Shown here piece by piece: positions 12,252-26,054 of a stretch of 64,000 nucleotides of DNA (positions are counted from its first letter, which is position 1; every line of letters begins with the position of its first letter). Under the pieces are notes generated by a model. It worked only from the letters and a program-made list of their open reading frames with translations. It was not told the origin of the DNA and ran no database searches. Origin of the DNA: Chiloscyllium plagiosum (lineage: Eukaryota); NCBI RefSeq assembly GCF_004010195.1, contig NC_057755.1, positions 149,042 to 213,041 of the forward strand. Direction: 5' to 3'. Position numbers and translations under genes: made by a program.

Positions 12252-15200
12252 CGTTCCAAACGCCCACCACCCTCTGTGTGACGTACTTGTCGCGTGTATC
12301 TCCCGTAAACTTTCCAACTCTCACCTTGAAAGCGTGACCTCTCGTTATTGAATCCTTCACGCTGGGAAAAAGTTTATCTCTATCCACCTTGTCTATATCC
12401 TTCATGATTTTGTAAACCTCAATCAGGTCCCCCTCTGAATCTCCTTTCTTCTAATGAAAATAAACCTAACCTACCCAACCTCTCTTCATAGTTAGCAGCT
12501 TCCATACCGGGCAACATCCTCGTAAATCTTCTCTGCAGATTCTCCAAAACGTCCACATCCTTAATGTGGCGACCTGAACTGTACACAGTATTCTAAACGC
12601 GGCAGAACGAATGCCTTGTAAATTTGAGCATGACTTGCCAGCTCTTATACTCAATACCCCATCCAATGAAGGCAAGCATACTAACTGCCTTCTTGACCAC
12701 TCTGTCCATCTGTGTGGCAAACTTCAGGGGACAATGGACCTGCACTTCCAGATCTCTCTGCCCATCAACTTTTCCCAAGGCTCGTCCGTTCATTGCATTA
12801 TTTTCTCTAGAAACAGTATTGCCTAAATGCATCAACTCACATTTGTTTGGATTGAAATCCATCTGCCACTTTTCCGCCAACTCTCCAGTCGATCGATATC
12901 CTCCTGTATTCTCTGTCAGTCACTAATGCTTTCTGCTACTCCACCAATCTTCGTGTCATCTGCAAACATGCTGATCATGCCAACAGTGACCTCTTCCAGA
13001 TCATTTATGAATATTACAAACAGAAGTGGCCCCAACACTGACGTCTGTGGAACCCGATTGGTCAAGTTTCTCCATTTCGAGAAACATCCTTCAACTACTG
13101 CTCTCTATCTCCTGTTGCTCAAACAGTTCTTTATCCAACTAGTAGAACACCTTGCACACCATGTGACTTCACTTTCCCCATTAGTCTACCATGTGGAACC
13201 TTATTAAATACCCACTAAATCCCATGTATATGATATAAACAGCTCTTCGTTTATCGATCAATTTGGTCACTTACTCGAAGAACTCTATTAAGTTGGTAAG
13301 GCACGATCTCCCCCGCAGATAACCATGTTGCCTATCACTGATAAGCCAATTATTTTTCTAAATATAAATAATCCTATCCCTCAGTACCTCCTCCATAAAC
13401 TTTCCCATCACCGACGTCAGGCTCACAGGTCTGTCGTTACCAGGAATATCCCTACTACCCTTCTTGTACAGCGGTACAACATGAGCAATCCTCCACTCCT
13501 CCTGCACCTCACCCTTATTTAAGGGTGCCACAAAGATATTTGTCAGGTCCCCAGCTATTTCCTCTCTCGCCTCCCTTTGCGCCTTGGGATATGTTCTATC
13601 CGGTCCTGCGGATTTGTCCACCTTAATAACCTCTAGCATTCCCAGCACATCTTCCCCACTTACGTCAACGTGATCCGGACTAATCAAACTTCTATCCCTA
13701 ATCTCAACATTCATCATGTTCCTCTCCTCAGTGAACCCTGATGCAAAGTAAACATTCAGAATCTCACCCATTCGCTCAGTGTCGACACACAGCCTTCCTT
13801 CCTTACACGTTCTCTAGTTAACCGCTTGTATCTTATATAAGAATAAGATGCTTTGGGATTCTCGTTAATTCTGCTCGCTCTCTAACATTATTTCATGACC
13901 CCTTTTAGCCCACTTGATTCCTCATTTAAGACTTGTCCTACTCTTCCGATATTCCCCATGGCCCGTTCTGTTCTTAGCTGCTTCGACCTTATGTACGCTT
14001 CCCTTTTCCTCTTGGCTAGTCATACAATTTCTCCTGTCATCCACAGTTCAGGAATCTTGCCCTTCCTATCCTTTGCTTTCAACGGGACATGCCTATCTTG
14101 CACGATCTCAAATGTGGACATCCCTTCAAATACTGTGTCCAATCCACATTTCTGATCTCCTGCCTAATTTTGATATAATTGGCCTTGGTCCAGTTTAGTA
14201 CTCTTCCCTTTGGTTCACTCTCTGCTTTACCTGTGAGTATTCTAAAACTTACAGAATTGTGGTCACTGTTCCCAAAGAAATCCCCCACCGCAACCTTTAC
14301 CTCCAGTCCTGGCTCGTTCCCCAGTACCAGGTCTAATATGGCCCTTTCCCTCGTCGGACTATTGACATATTGCACAAAAAACTCTCCTGGACGATCCTTG
14401 CAAATTCTACCCATAATGCCTCACTATCCAAGACCTCCATAGTGTGCTCCTTTCGCACAACCGTGATATCATCCCTGACCAGCAATGTAGCTCCACCCTG
14501 CCTTTTAATTCCCACCCTGTCCTGTCTGAAGCGTCTATATCCTGGAACATTTCGTTGTCAATCATCATGCCCTTCCGTCAACCATGTCTTTGTAATTGAA
14601 ATAACCTCATATTCCCAGGCACCTGTCCAAGCCGTAAGTTCATCTGCCTTACACACTATACTCCTTGCATTAAAGTAGATGCATTTCAAGCCACAAGTTT
14701 TTTTTGTGCTCATTTGCTCTATGCTTACTCTTCCCTTCTTAATTCTTGCAGTCTCCAGTCTCCACCTCGCTGACTACATGTTTTCTCTTCTGGTCCCCCC
14801 CCCCCCCCGCCACATTAGATTAAAATCTCTACAATAGCAGGAGCAAAAACTCTCCCAAGGCCATTGGTCCCAGTCTGGTACAGATGTATACCGTCCATTT
14901 TGTAATAGGCCCACCTTCCCCAATGGTCCCAATGTCCAACAAATCTGCACCCCTCCCTCCTACACCATCTGTCAAACCACGTGTTCTTCCTGCCTGTTTT
15001 TCATTTCTACTCTGGCTGCACGTGGCGCACGGAGTAATCCCCAGATCACTACCTTTGAGCTCCTCCTCTTTAAATTGTCTCCTCGCTCCCTGAATTCTTC
15101 TTTCGGGAACTCATCTCGATTTCTACTTATATCGTTTGTGCCAAATGCACCAAGTCAACTGGCTGTTCACACTCCCCTTTTTGAATTTTCTTCAGCCGAT

Positions 15201-16077
15201 CTGTCACATCCCTGACCAGAGCACCAGGGAGGCAACATACCATCCGGCAGTCCAGTTTTCGGCGACAGAAATGCCTATCTACTCCACTCACAATAGAATC
15301 CCCTATGATTATGGCCCTGCGAGTCTTGTTCCTGCCCTTCTGATCCAGGCAACTGCTGCCCTGCCCTGATGAGCCATCTCCCCCAACAGTATCCAAAATG
15401 GAATACCTGTTTTGAATGGAGATGACCGCAGGGGACACCTGCACTGCCTTCCTTCTCTTTTTCTGTCTTTTGGTCACCGGTTCACTGTCCCCATCAGCAA
15501 TTCTAACCTGTGGTGTGACCCACTTCACTCAACTTGCCCTCCACGACCTCCTCAACATTGCAGATGCTACACAGTCGGTGTATCCGCAGATCCAAAGCCG
15601 TCATGCGTCAAAGAAGAGCTGCATATGGAAACACGTCTTGCAATTGTAAAAATCAGGAACGTTAGACACGTTTAAAGGTCCCACATCAAGCAAGAGGCAC
15701 AGTCCACGGGCCTGAGGTCCCCTGCCATTGTAAGGTTAGCTTTATATGAACGAACTAAAACCAAACAATACACTTAAATATATGAAGAAGAAAGGTAAAG
15801 AAAAATTAAAGCCTTACCTAACTGAGTCTTTTTCTTCCGGTTAGAGGAGGGGGCGGGAGGGGGCACGTGCAATCTCTCGGGTTTAGCCACTGCCCAAATA
15901 TAAAGTAAGCCCTTGCCTTTCCAGCAGCCCTCGCTTCACCTTACCTTCTCTCCTCGCCGCTCTGTCAAAATGGAGGTCCGATCCCGAGGTAAGTGCCATT
16001 TTAAATGGGAAAGCTTACCATTCCCGGCAGCCCTCGCTTCAGTCCACCATGTCTCCTCGCCGCGGTGTCAAAATGGA
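12252..16077 (-). mobile_element. Near-full-length CR1 LINE (5' UTR, ORF1 esterase, ORF2 endonuclease-RT), inactivated
   Basis: ORF1 RAIIIGDSIVSGVD (SGNH esterase), endonuclease PTRERAILDLVL...SDHNSV, and RT WRIAHVVPLYKKG...RPVSLTS. Multiple stops and deletions. The 3' end runs into the gap. Confidence 0.93.
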
Positions 16078-16884
16078 CAGACGTTTATTGCAAATTAAAT
16101 GTTGATAAAATAGAATAAAGCAAACTAAGTACTTATAACGCAGTTTCAAAGGCAATGAACATTGAGTAAATGTTTAATTCTCATTAATCTCAAAAAATGC
16201 ATCAATGAAACAAAAGGACCCGACTGTTATATATTATATGAAACAGGACTCCGAGTGGTGTTCCAAACAAAACAACCCTTAAACAATATTCAGAATACAA
16301 TCCCTGTATCTAGCATTTGATTGAATAACTTGTGACTGCCACTTCTCAACTGGAACAACAGTAAATTTCTTCTTGGAGCTACCACACACCTGATTGACAA
16401 TAACACTACTTCCTGAGAACACACAGCATTCCAAGGCAATGTAATTTATTAAAACGCTCAATTCTTTCGGATGAGCATAGATCTATACATCCACTCAGTT
16501 CCAGGGTCTTACAGGAACTAACTGAAATGACAAAATTGATTGAAATGAAAGTAATTCTTCCTCATTTCAGGGTTTCGTCCTTAATCGCAAATTCCAGAAT
16601 TCTTCAAGAAATCTTTCATGTCCATTAATACCATGCTGTTGCAAACATCAAAATTAAACAAAGGTTCATCGTGCTAAAATCCAATCAGCCTGCAGCCAAA
16701 TCTCAAATCTCAATTTTAAAACAAATTGTTGCGATTACTGAAATAGCTTCATGTTAACCATTAACTTCAGATGCACAGAGAAGCCCGCTGCTTATTCACG
16801 AAAAAAAGAACCAAACTCAACCTAAATGATTACAAAACTTATATTTTTCCACTGATTCCTGGACTTAATTCCACCAACATTCTC

Positions 16885-19350
16885 CTCAGTCTTGAAATTA
16901 GCAAATCGGGCAGCAAATTAAAAAGCTGATCCATGGGTGTTCCCGAGTGCTCATTAGGCCGAAGAACGCGTTTCTGGAAACATTGGTTCCAGGAGGAAGG
17001 GCTTTGGACATCTTACTTATTGGAAATACTTATCAGGCTGGGGCGATCTGGATACAGTGCATCTGTTTTTTTTTACTTGAATGGGGACTGCTACCGAGCT
17101 GGGTAGACATGCTCCTATTCTTGGGGAATACTTAATCAGACCTGTCAGAGGGTTGGGAATATGGGATTAAACTCAGTTTAATTGAAGATGGCCACGGGAA
17201 GTAGAAAACCTGTAAGTGAAAGAGAACAGCATCAAAATCGCCTTTCTGGATTTCTTAAGATATCGAACTTCTGAATCCTAGTCTTCAGAACCTATCATTT
17301 TCCTTTCATGCCTCATAGACTTAGGGGCACGGGTATTTCCAGCCAGCGCATTTTTTTTTTTGGATTTTCGGGAGACCCACAATGACATGTGTGTAAAATG
17401 ATACAGTTACTGTTGAAACATAACATTATTCTTATTTTGTCTTTTTGATGAGGTGTCGAGGTATTTGTTCAGAAACAAAATGACACTCGCATAGATGTCT
17501 GTTTCCTCACTCTCCATGGGAGTCGTACCAGAGGATTGGAAGAATGCGAATGCTGTTCCCTTTACAAGCAATGTAATAGGAAAATCACGGCCAATTGTAG
17601 ACCAGTCAGTCTGACATCTGTGGTCAGCAAGGTTTTTAAAAGAATTCTGAGGGATAGGATTTATGACGATTTGGAAAAACATTGTGTGATTAAAGGCAGT
17701 CCAGCATGGATTTGAGAGGGATAGGTCTTGCCTCACTAATCTCATTGATTTCTTTGAGGAGGTGACAAGACAGGTCGATGACAGTCGCGCAGTGGATGTG
17801 GTGTATTTGGACTTCAGCAAGGCATTTGATAAGGTTCCCCGTGGTAGGCTCATTCATAAGGTCACGAGGTGTGGGATATAAGGAGATTTGGTTATCTGGA
17901 TTCAGAATTTGTTGGCTGTTAGTGGCTGTAGATGGAAATTATTCTGCTTGGAGGTTACTGTTGAGTGGTGTCCCGCAGGACTCTGTTCTTGGGCCTCTGC
18001 ACTTTATAGTTTTTATAAATGACTTCGATGAGAAGGTTGAGGGGTGAGTTAGTAAATTTGCAGATGACACAAAAGTTGCTGGTGCCGTTGATAGTATTAA
18101 GCACTATTGCAGCCTGCAGCGCGACATACACAGGATGCAGAGCTCGGCTGAGAAATGGCAGATGGAGTTCATCCCAGATAAGTTCATTTTGGAAGGTCCA
18201 ACTTGAATGCTGAATATAGGATTAAAGACAATATTCTTGACATTGTGGAGGAACAGAGGGAGCTTGATCTTCAACTGCACAGATCACCCAAAGTTGCCAT
18301 CCGAGTGGATAGGTTTGTTAAGAAAGCATATGGTGTTTTGGCTTTCATTAACAGGGTGATCGCAATTAAGAGCCGCGAGGTTTTGTCACATCTCTGCAAG
18401 TCCCCGGTGAGACCACGCTTGGACTGTTGTGTCCAGTTCAGGTCGCCCTAAAATAGGAAAGACACAGAGGCTTTGGAGAGGCTGCAAAGAGGGTTTGCCA
18501 GTATGCTACCCAGCACGAGGGCTTATCTTATGAAGAGGGGTTATCTAAGCTCGGCCGTTTCTCCTTGAAACGAAGGGGGAAAGCGGTGGCCTGATCGAGG
18601 TATACGAGGTCATGAGAGTTATGGTTAGTGTCAATAGCCAGAGACCTTCCCCCCAGAGCAGGATTGATTGAGACGTGTAGGTCATGTTTTTAAGATATTA
18701 GGAGGAACGTATAGAGGAGACATCAGAGGCAGGTTCTTCACACACAGACTTGTGAATACATGGAATGCGTTGCCAGCAGAGGTGGTGGCAACAGAGTCAA
18801 TAGGGACAATTAAGCAACATCTGGACATGCACCTGGACAGCAGTGAATTGAGAGGTAAGTAGGCTAGGTCATTTTATTTAAGACTGGAATAATTATTGGC
18901 ATAAAATCATGGGCCGAAGTGCCTCTTCTTTACTTTACTTTTCTATGTTCTGTGTCCTAAGTTCCATGGCATCAATATCGTGAACTGTTCACAATCGTCG
19001 AAAAACTAAAGCCACAATGCACAATGAAGGGACTAATTTATTACATATGGCAGCATTGAATTGATGCAAGAGCACAGATGTGAGCATGCAGCACTTTTTT
19101 TTCAAAAATTGAGAACACGATGTGAATAGCAGTATGCAACAATATTACTGCATTTGTGAAGAATGACCTTAAAGTGCTCAAATGTTTGTTAAGGTGGAGA
19201 ATGAAGAAATGAATTTGGAACTCAGAACCCTGAATCTAAATAAAGAGAACAAAAAGGAATGGATGCAAAAATGGTCAAAATGGATTGAGTTCCCAGTGGA
19301 TAGGCTATGGCTGAAGAGTTATGAACATCTCAATGAATCTCAACCATAAT
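16885..19350 (+). repeat. GPCR-unit upstream block (ancient CR1 remnant), interrupted by a younger CR1
   Basis: CATTGGTTCCAGGAGGAAGGGCTTTGG and GTGGAGAATGAAGAA...CTGAATCTAAATAA match 45150-45950 directly and 1140-3060 inverted. Confidence 0.75.
17485..18965 (+). mobile_element. 5'-truncated CR1 LINE
   Basis: VPEDWKNANAVP, VYLDFSKAFDKVP, SGVPQDSVLGPL and KFADD motifs, with a (TTCTATG)-like tail. Absent from the paralog at about 2515. Confidence 0.93.
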
Positions 19351-20150
19351 TCAGTCCCCTCTAAGACAATAATCAAACAGGAAAGGTAACAATGAAAAGT
19401 GCTGCCGGATTCCAGGACTGTTCAGGAAGCTTTCTGATTCCCACCCATTTACTGAGAATGCACGAACGCTGTTGCTGCCGATCAGGCTAATCCAATTGCA
19501 CCTCTCGTTCCAAACCCATCGCACATGTGTTGGTGTGCGACTTCCTATCAAACACCTTCTCTGGTCTAGGCTGATAATGCAGGTTTCCAATCCAACCTTA
19601 GCACCCACAGACGATTATATCATTCAGGAACACGTGACTCTCAGAGATCACCCTGTCCAGTACAGCACAGGTTTGGTCGGAGTGAACCACTAATCCCACA
19701 GCAGACCTAACTGAGTTGGTGATGAACTCAGGCAGGATTCTGTAAACTGCATTAAGCAGTGAAACCAATACCAACTCCTCCATCTATCCCTTATAATTGA
19801 AGATGAGAAGAATGGTAATTTTCCTGTTGGATTCACACAGCCTACCTGTTCGAAAGCATACTGTTGTCCACTTTCAGCAGGTCCAGGCCAATCAAGTGCC
19901 ACAGAAGTGAAAATAACTCAGGTGGTAAGCCATCACTTCTGGAAGTTTATCTCTTTTCCAAGGGCTTGAAAGCCTTGGGCAGCTCCTCCAGCGATAACTG
20001 CTGGTGCAGATTCTCCCGTCTGCTGTCGTCAAAGAGAATAGAGGACAGGAACAAGTGGGGGTCTGCGCTGTCTTTGTGCTTCGTGTCCAAAAGACCGGCA
20101 CAAAAGGATTTGCTGATCCTCAAGACGTTCTTCCGCTGGTCACTCTATCA
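19350..20150 (-). mobile_element. Tx1/L1-clade LINE ORF2 fragment
   Basis: CIISLDQ and NGWESESF motifs. Paralogous to 46060-46830. Confidence 0.8.
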
Positions 20151-20494
20151 TTAGAAAACCTTTTAATTGAGACTAATTCGGCAATTAGCCTAATGCCTGG
20201 CTTAACAAACAAACAACTATTGCTTGGTTTGTTCCTTTTACTACATGCTGTCTCAAAAGTCACAAGTTATTCTTAGCAAACAATTCCCAGTTCGCATCTT
20301 GAAACACATTTTATTAAAAAGAATACAAATGAGAAAAAGTCAGTAAAGGTTTCTATTATCTCTGCGCCCCTTCATTTCTTAATTATTGATCACTTTCTCC
20401 TTTGGGAATTCGCTATGGTTTATGAATAGGAAGGGATTAGACATATGGGCTAAATGAGACAATTTAGGATATGTGATCAGCATGGATGAGTTTG

Positions 20495-20820
20495 ATTTGA
20501 TTCGATTTGATTGATTTATTGTCACATGTACAGATGTGCAGCGAAAAGCTTTATTTTTGAGTAGTATGGGCAGATCATTCTAAGCAAGGATATACAGAGC
20601 AAGATGGTGAAACAGAAGCATACGGGTTACATTGCAAAGGGTTTACAATAGAGAACAATGTTGGAAAGGTCAACTTTTCTTGAGTCAAGAGAGTCCATTT
20701 AATAGAACTAATAACGGCTTGGCAGAAGCTGCTGTTGTGTGTCCTCGGGCTTTAGTACTTTCTGCCTGAAGGAAGAAGTTGTAGGGGTTCATTACAGGGT
20801 GGGAGAGGTATAACGGAGTA
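20495..20820 (-). mobile_element. Probable Rex/Babar-type LINE 3' end
   Basis: (TTTGA)n tail and TTTATTGTCACATGTAC...CTTTCTGCCTGAAGGAAGAAG resemble the reverse of Rex-Babar 3' ends. Confidence 0.5.
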
Positions 20821-21004
20821 CATATTAGCAATTAGCTCACGCAATGGCCTGGGTTATCAGCATGTCAGACTGCGATGAGGTGGTATATTGATGTAGATAA
20901 TGAATTGGTTGAATGAACAAATTTGCAAACAAACGTGAACAGTTCCTACACACAACAATATTTAGATAAAAACTCGAACATCTCCAATACAAACAATATT
21001 TAGG

Positions 21005-21812
21005 TTCCAATGCACGATCTTGATCAGATGGGCCAATGGGGTGAGAAGTGGCAAATAGAATTTAATCCACGTAAATGCTGCATTTTGGTAAGATCCTTGA
21101 GAGTGTTGCTGAACAAAGGGAACTTTGAGTGAAGTATCATAGCTCCTTGAAAGTGGAGTCGTAGGTAAATTTGTTAATGAAGAAGGCGTTTGGCATGCAT
21201 TTCTCTATCAATTAGAGTATTGAGTACAGGAGTTGTCAAATCATGTTGCAGCTGTACAGGACATTTGTTTGACCACTGTTGGAATAGTGCGTGCATTTCT
21301 GGCCTCCTTCCTATCGGAAAGATTTTGTTAAACTTGAAAGGGTTCAGAAAAGATTTACGTTCATGTTGCCAGGTTGGAGGATTTGAACTATAGGGAGAGG
21401 CTGAACCGACTGGGGCTGTTTTTCCTTCAGCGTCGGAGGCTGAGGGGTGATCTTATAGAGGTTTACAAAATTATGAGAGACATGGATAAGATAAATACAC
21501 AAAGTGTTTTTCCTGGCGTGGTGGAGTCCAGAACGAGAGGGCATAGGTTTAGGGTGAAGGGAAAAGATATAAACGAGACCTCAGGGGCAATTTGTACGTG
21601 TATGGAATAAGCTGGCAGAGGAAGTGATGGAGGCGAGTACAATTGCAACATTTAAGAGGTATTTGGATGGGTATATGAATAGGAATGGTTTAGAAAGATA
21701 TGGGTCAACTGCTGGCAGGTGGGACGAGATTGGGTTGGGATATCTGGTCTTCTGGACGGGTTGGACCGAAGGGTCTGTTTATATGCTGTACATCTCTACA
21801 ACTCTATGACTG
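21005..21812 (+). mobile_element. CR1 LINE 3' fragment
   Basis: YRERLNRLGLF...RRLRGDLIEVYKIM...TRGHRF, and 3' UTR GTTGGACCGAAGGGTCTGTTT...ACTCTATGACT. Confidence 0.93.
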
Positions 21813-22009
21813 TAATAGTGCTACGTGTAAACATAATCAGCTCTAATATAAGTCAATATTTGTACAGGCACAAACGGTTCCAACAAAATAAAAAATACAT
21901 AATGTATATTATACACATAAAACTTGAAAGAAATTGGAAATGAAGGATTTGTAGCCAAATTTGCAGATGACACAAAGATAGATGAGAAGGCAAGTTAGCA
22001 CATTGCATG

Positions 22010-22780
22010 TGCTTTCTTAGGTACGGGGATGGTGGTAGTCTTTTTGTAGAAGATGGGGACTTCAGCTTGTTGGAGGGACAATTTGAATATGTCGGTGAAC
22101 ACCTGCGCTTGTTGGTCCACATGGTCTAACAGCACCGGCAGGGACTCCAGCCAGGCGCGTCCCTTTCCTTGGATTGCCCTGACATGTGCAATGGTGAACG
22201 AGGGAACATGTGTGTCTGGGACTGTTGGGGCAGATGTCTCTGCACCTCTGATATTTTCCTTAAACCAAGCAGATAAAGCGTTGAGCGCCTCAGGGAGCGA
22301 TGTTTGCGAGCTTGATCTGCTTCCTTTGTATCCTGTAATGTTTTTTAGGCCTTGTCATCGGCAACGGGTGCCTGCTTGGTAGGTATGGGCCTCTCATGTC
22401 GTCTGTACTCCCTCTTGGCATCCCCGATGGCCTTGCGGAGGTCACATCTGGGTTCCCGGTATAGATCTGGCTCTTCCCGCTATAATGTTACCTGTCTGGT
22501 CTTCAGTAGGTCGTGAATGTTTGATCAACTCAAGAATTTTACTTGGGGAACATTCGGGTTTACTTGGGGAACATTCGCAGAACTCCATCCATTTGCTAAT
22601 GATGCCCATAACGATGGTGATGTTCTCATCCAGGTTTTCTGCTGAGTACTTGAACATGCTCTTTTCCACCAATTCCAAGCAGTCCCGTGATTGTCATTCA
22701 TAGCCTCAGATCAGCATTACACCTCCTTTTGGAAGTGTCCTCCCACTTCAGCTTCTGCTTTAAATGACTTTCCACATGTA
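22010..22780 (-). mobile_element. Rex/Babar-type LINE pre-RT fragment
   Basis: The reverse strand translates to GVPA...DQQAQVFTDIF...LQQAEVP.FYKKTTTIPVPKK. Confidence 0.75.
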
Positions 22781-23109
22781 GGAGAGACTAAAGGCACAGC
22801 CTCAGAGTGAAGGAAGCACCTTTGGAAATGAGACAGGAATGAATTTTTTCAGCCAGAGGGTGGTTAACCTGTGGAAATCATTGCCGAAGAGTGCTGTGGA
22901 GTCCAGGACATTGAGCGTGTGATGATGCTGCTCCTTTATCAAATGTGTGTTGTCCTTGTTTTTTTTCTTACAGTGTTTGTAAATGCACCGGTTCCTGGGT
23001 GTCAAGTTTGGATGGGTTGTCGAGCCAATTTTATCACAGACAACAGACACTGGTATGGGAAAGGTTTTCTAGTAAATAGAAACACAGTGCAGTCGACAAT
23101 TCTTCCAGC

Positions 23110-23553
23110 CCAGCTTCCCCCCCATCTGGTTTAGTTTGGTGTGATGTTAGCACACAGTCCGATTTTTAGACTGTTGGTGAGAGGAACACCAACATGGATT
23201 ATGTTGTTCCATGCCGAATCTCTCCCTGACAGCTATTCCGTCAGACCCTGGGTTTGAATTGACCTGCTCTGCATGGGCTCTTTACGGGAATTGTTGTACG
23301 AATTTGGAGCAAGACTAAAGTTGGGATAGTCTGTTGGGTTATCAGATAGTTTAATTTTTCTGTATTCTGTTCTCTTTTGTTGTGTTTCATTTGATAATCT
23401 GCAAACAAATTGTTTTAATAAAAATCGAGTAATGTTGACCAGCGGCACCACGCTGGCAATATCCACTCTACACCTACTCGAAAGAAGTAGAAAAAGATGG
23501 GGTCTGGATGACAATTTTACACGTTATGAGAGGGTCTGGTCTGGCGCATAACA
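23110..23553 (+). mobile_element. Probable LTR remnant (3' part); paralog at 32700-32915
   Basis: AATAAA near 23417 and a terminus GGGTCTGGTCTGGCGCATAACA. The 5' boundary is unclear. Confidence 0.4.
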
Positions 23554-24019
23554 AACGTATTATAAATAGAGATAGATGGGTTCCTGATTGGAAAGGCAAT
23601 CAGAACATATGGGGAGAAGGCAGGAGAATATAATTGAAAAACAGTTCCTTCTTGATCAAACGGAACAGCTGAATCATTGGGCTGAATGATCCAATTGCGG
23701 TCCTTCACTGTCGAGCCTAATGATCCAATATATAGCAGAACTTATACATGGAAATTAACAGCTCCAATATTTCATCCTTGGCTCAAACATGGACGGAAGA
23801 ACTGGAATCCTGCCTTTCATTGAATATTCCCCTGTCAAGTTTCATTCAATAGACTGAGGTCATTGAACTGAAGTAACAGTTCAACTATCAGGGTGCAGGG
23901 TGCACAGATACCCATATTTAGATACTTCCAAGTTTGCCACAAAAACGGCATTAAGATTAATCTTGGCACCGTGACCTGCTGGAGGGATCACTTGCCCTTT
24001 TACAGGAAAGGGAGCCTTA

Positions 24020-25720
24020 TGACCAGACAGAGACCGACCCAAATCCAGAGGGACACAGAAACACACTCACACCCTCACGCACACATACGCACAGAAACAC
24101 AACCTCATCCTCACGCACCGATACATATACACGCAGAAACACACGCACACACAGGAATACAGTCAAACGGCGATATATGAACATACTGACAAACAAAAAC
24201 ACACATAAACACACACACATGCAATCCACAAACATGCGCACACACGCAATAACACAGTGAAATGGAAATGTGGCAACACATATACACAATGACTTCAGAA
24301 ACATTCCAACACCCTCACGACACAGACATGAATAAAATTAGAGAGCAGAAGGGTGCACACCTCCTCACACATGCCCGTGCGCACACACGCACATGCACAC
24401 GTGTAGAAAAACCGATATACTGAGACATGTTGGAACACATGTATGTCCGGACAGAACGCACACATATCCACAAACAAAGGCATACAATGGTACTGAGATA
24501 TTGGAAAAAATCACACACACATCAAACAAAGTTCCTGAACCATAACCATAATGAGATACACACAGGGAGCGACACTCGAAAACAAACAGAGATGCGACCA
24601 CAGAGAACCACAGAGAGATCCTGCTGGGTGCACCGAAAGATATTGACACATGGACAGACAGCAACAGTCTGAAAAAAAGAATCTCATCTGCTTAAACAAG
24701 AACATAGCCAGACAGAGACACACCCAACACTCCCACAATAATAAACTGACACTCAGAAACACACACGGATGGTAGTAACACCCAGACCCGCAAACACTCA
24801 CACGCACACAGTTCAAGGACTGTAACCTCACAAAGAGCATACACACATGCACAAGCACAACAGATGCACAAATTGCAAAATTCGCACAGATGCACAAACA
24901 CGCAGATACAGTAACACACATCCACATAACAACACTCACTTCATGGATACACTTTAATACAGAATGAGTAACATTCCTGAATACATAAACACATGACTGT
25001 GAAGTCACTGATGTACTTTCCAATACACACAAAGGGAAACACACACAGGTGCATAAACACTCTCACAATGTCTCACACTCAGGGACATATCCAACGACAA
25101 AAACCGAGGAATACTCACACTCCGAGCGAGATCACGACAATGGCAACGAAGCCAACCCACACTCAGATACATAGAGAACCTCACGCACTGAAAGAAAAAC
25201 ATATGAGCACACCTCGCGCCCAGCCACAAGGAGATGATCAATGTTCAGCAGACTTATTACAGTATTGTGTCAAAGGATTCCTGGCTATATCTGAACACTT
25301 TGTACTTTGTAAAATCACTGCCTCTGGAATGATTAGTGAATGAAGGAATCAGGTAGGGATTTAAGTCAATGCAAGTGATAATGTGCTAAACTGAGACAAC
25401 AAGTGTCTGACATGGTAAGTGTGAAAAAAATAAGACACAGAGAGTGCAAGGCAGGGAAAATAACAGAGAAAGAGAGATAAAGAAGGAGAGACATAGAAGG
25501 AGACAGAGAGAGAGACAAAAACAAAAAGAGAGAAAGAGGGTGAGAGAGAATAAAATGAGACAGAGAGGGAGGTACACATACAGCGAAATAAACAGAGAGA
25601 GAGGAAAGCTGAGCAAGAAGCTGAGAGGTTGGGGACAGCATGAGAAAGGAAGAGAGGAACAAAGACAGACAGAAAGAAGCAGAAGAGAGAGAGAAAACAA
25701 TTCTCTTGTGACAAACATAG
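24020..25720. repeat. CA-rich then GA-rich low-complexity 3' flank of the GPCR unit
   Basis: Degenerate (CA)n at 24020-25230 and (GA)n at 25430-25700. Unique anchors such as GAGATCCTGCTGGG...AGATATTGACAC recur at about 34370, 54555 and 57085. Confidence 0.85.
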
Positions 25721-26054
25721 ACAGGAGGTGGACTGAATAAACTCTCTGAAATACAAATGTGCATCTCCAATAGCCGATTCAGATGAGAGGATCGCCATCA
25801 CCCGGAGCCTTTTTCATGTTGTAATATAGTATTTAACTTGAGCTCAAGAGAGAGAGTCTGACAATCTTCTCGGTGCAGGAGATCTCCCCCTCCTTCCCTG
25901 CAGGGAATACGCAGACATTTTTCCTGCTGGTCTTCAACAGGTTACTCTGTGAAGACCCAATGTTCAAGCTGAACCCATCACTCACAGCCAGTCCGACATT
26001 TCGAATATCTCTTCCCACCTCTTTCCGTCCTCTGTCCATCATTAAGTTAAGAAT

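Noticed and set aside
11227..12405. Five 324-374 aa ORFs
   Set aside because: Artefacts of translating the N gap.
13436..13450. TTACCAGGAAT as an alternative GPCR exon-1 donor
   Set aside because: It lies inside CR1 ORF2 (DIPGNDRPVS) and has no TM1-like upstream codons.
23893..25801. Cys/Val-rich, His/Thr-rich and Arg/Glu-rich ORFs (also 33241-34310 and 57698-57994)
   Set aside because: Translations of CA/GT and GA/CT low-complexity DNA, open in several frames on both strands.
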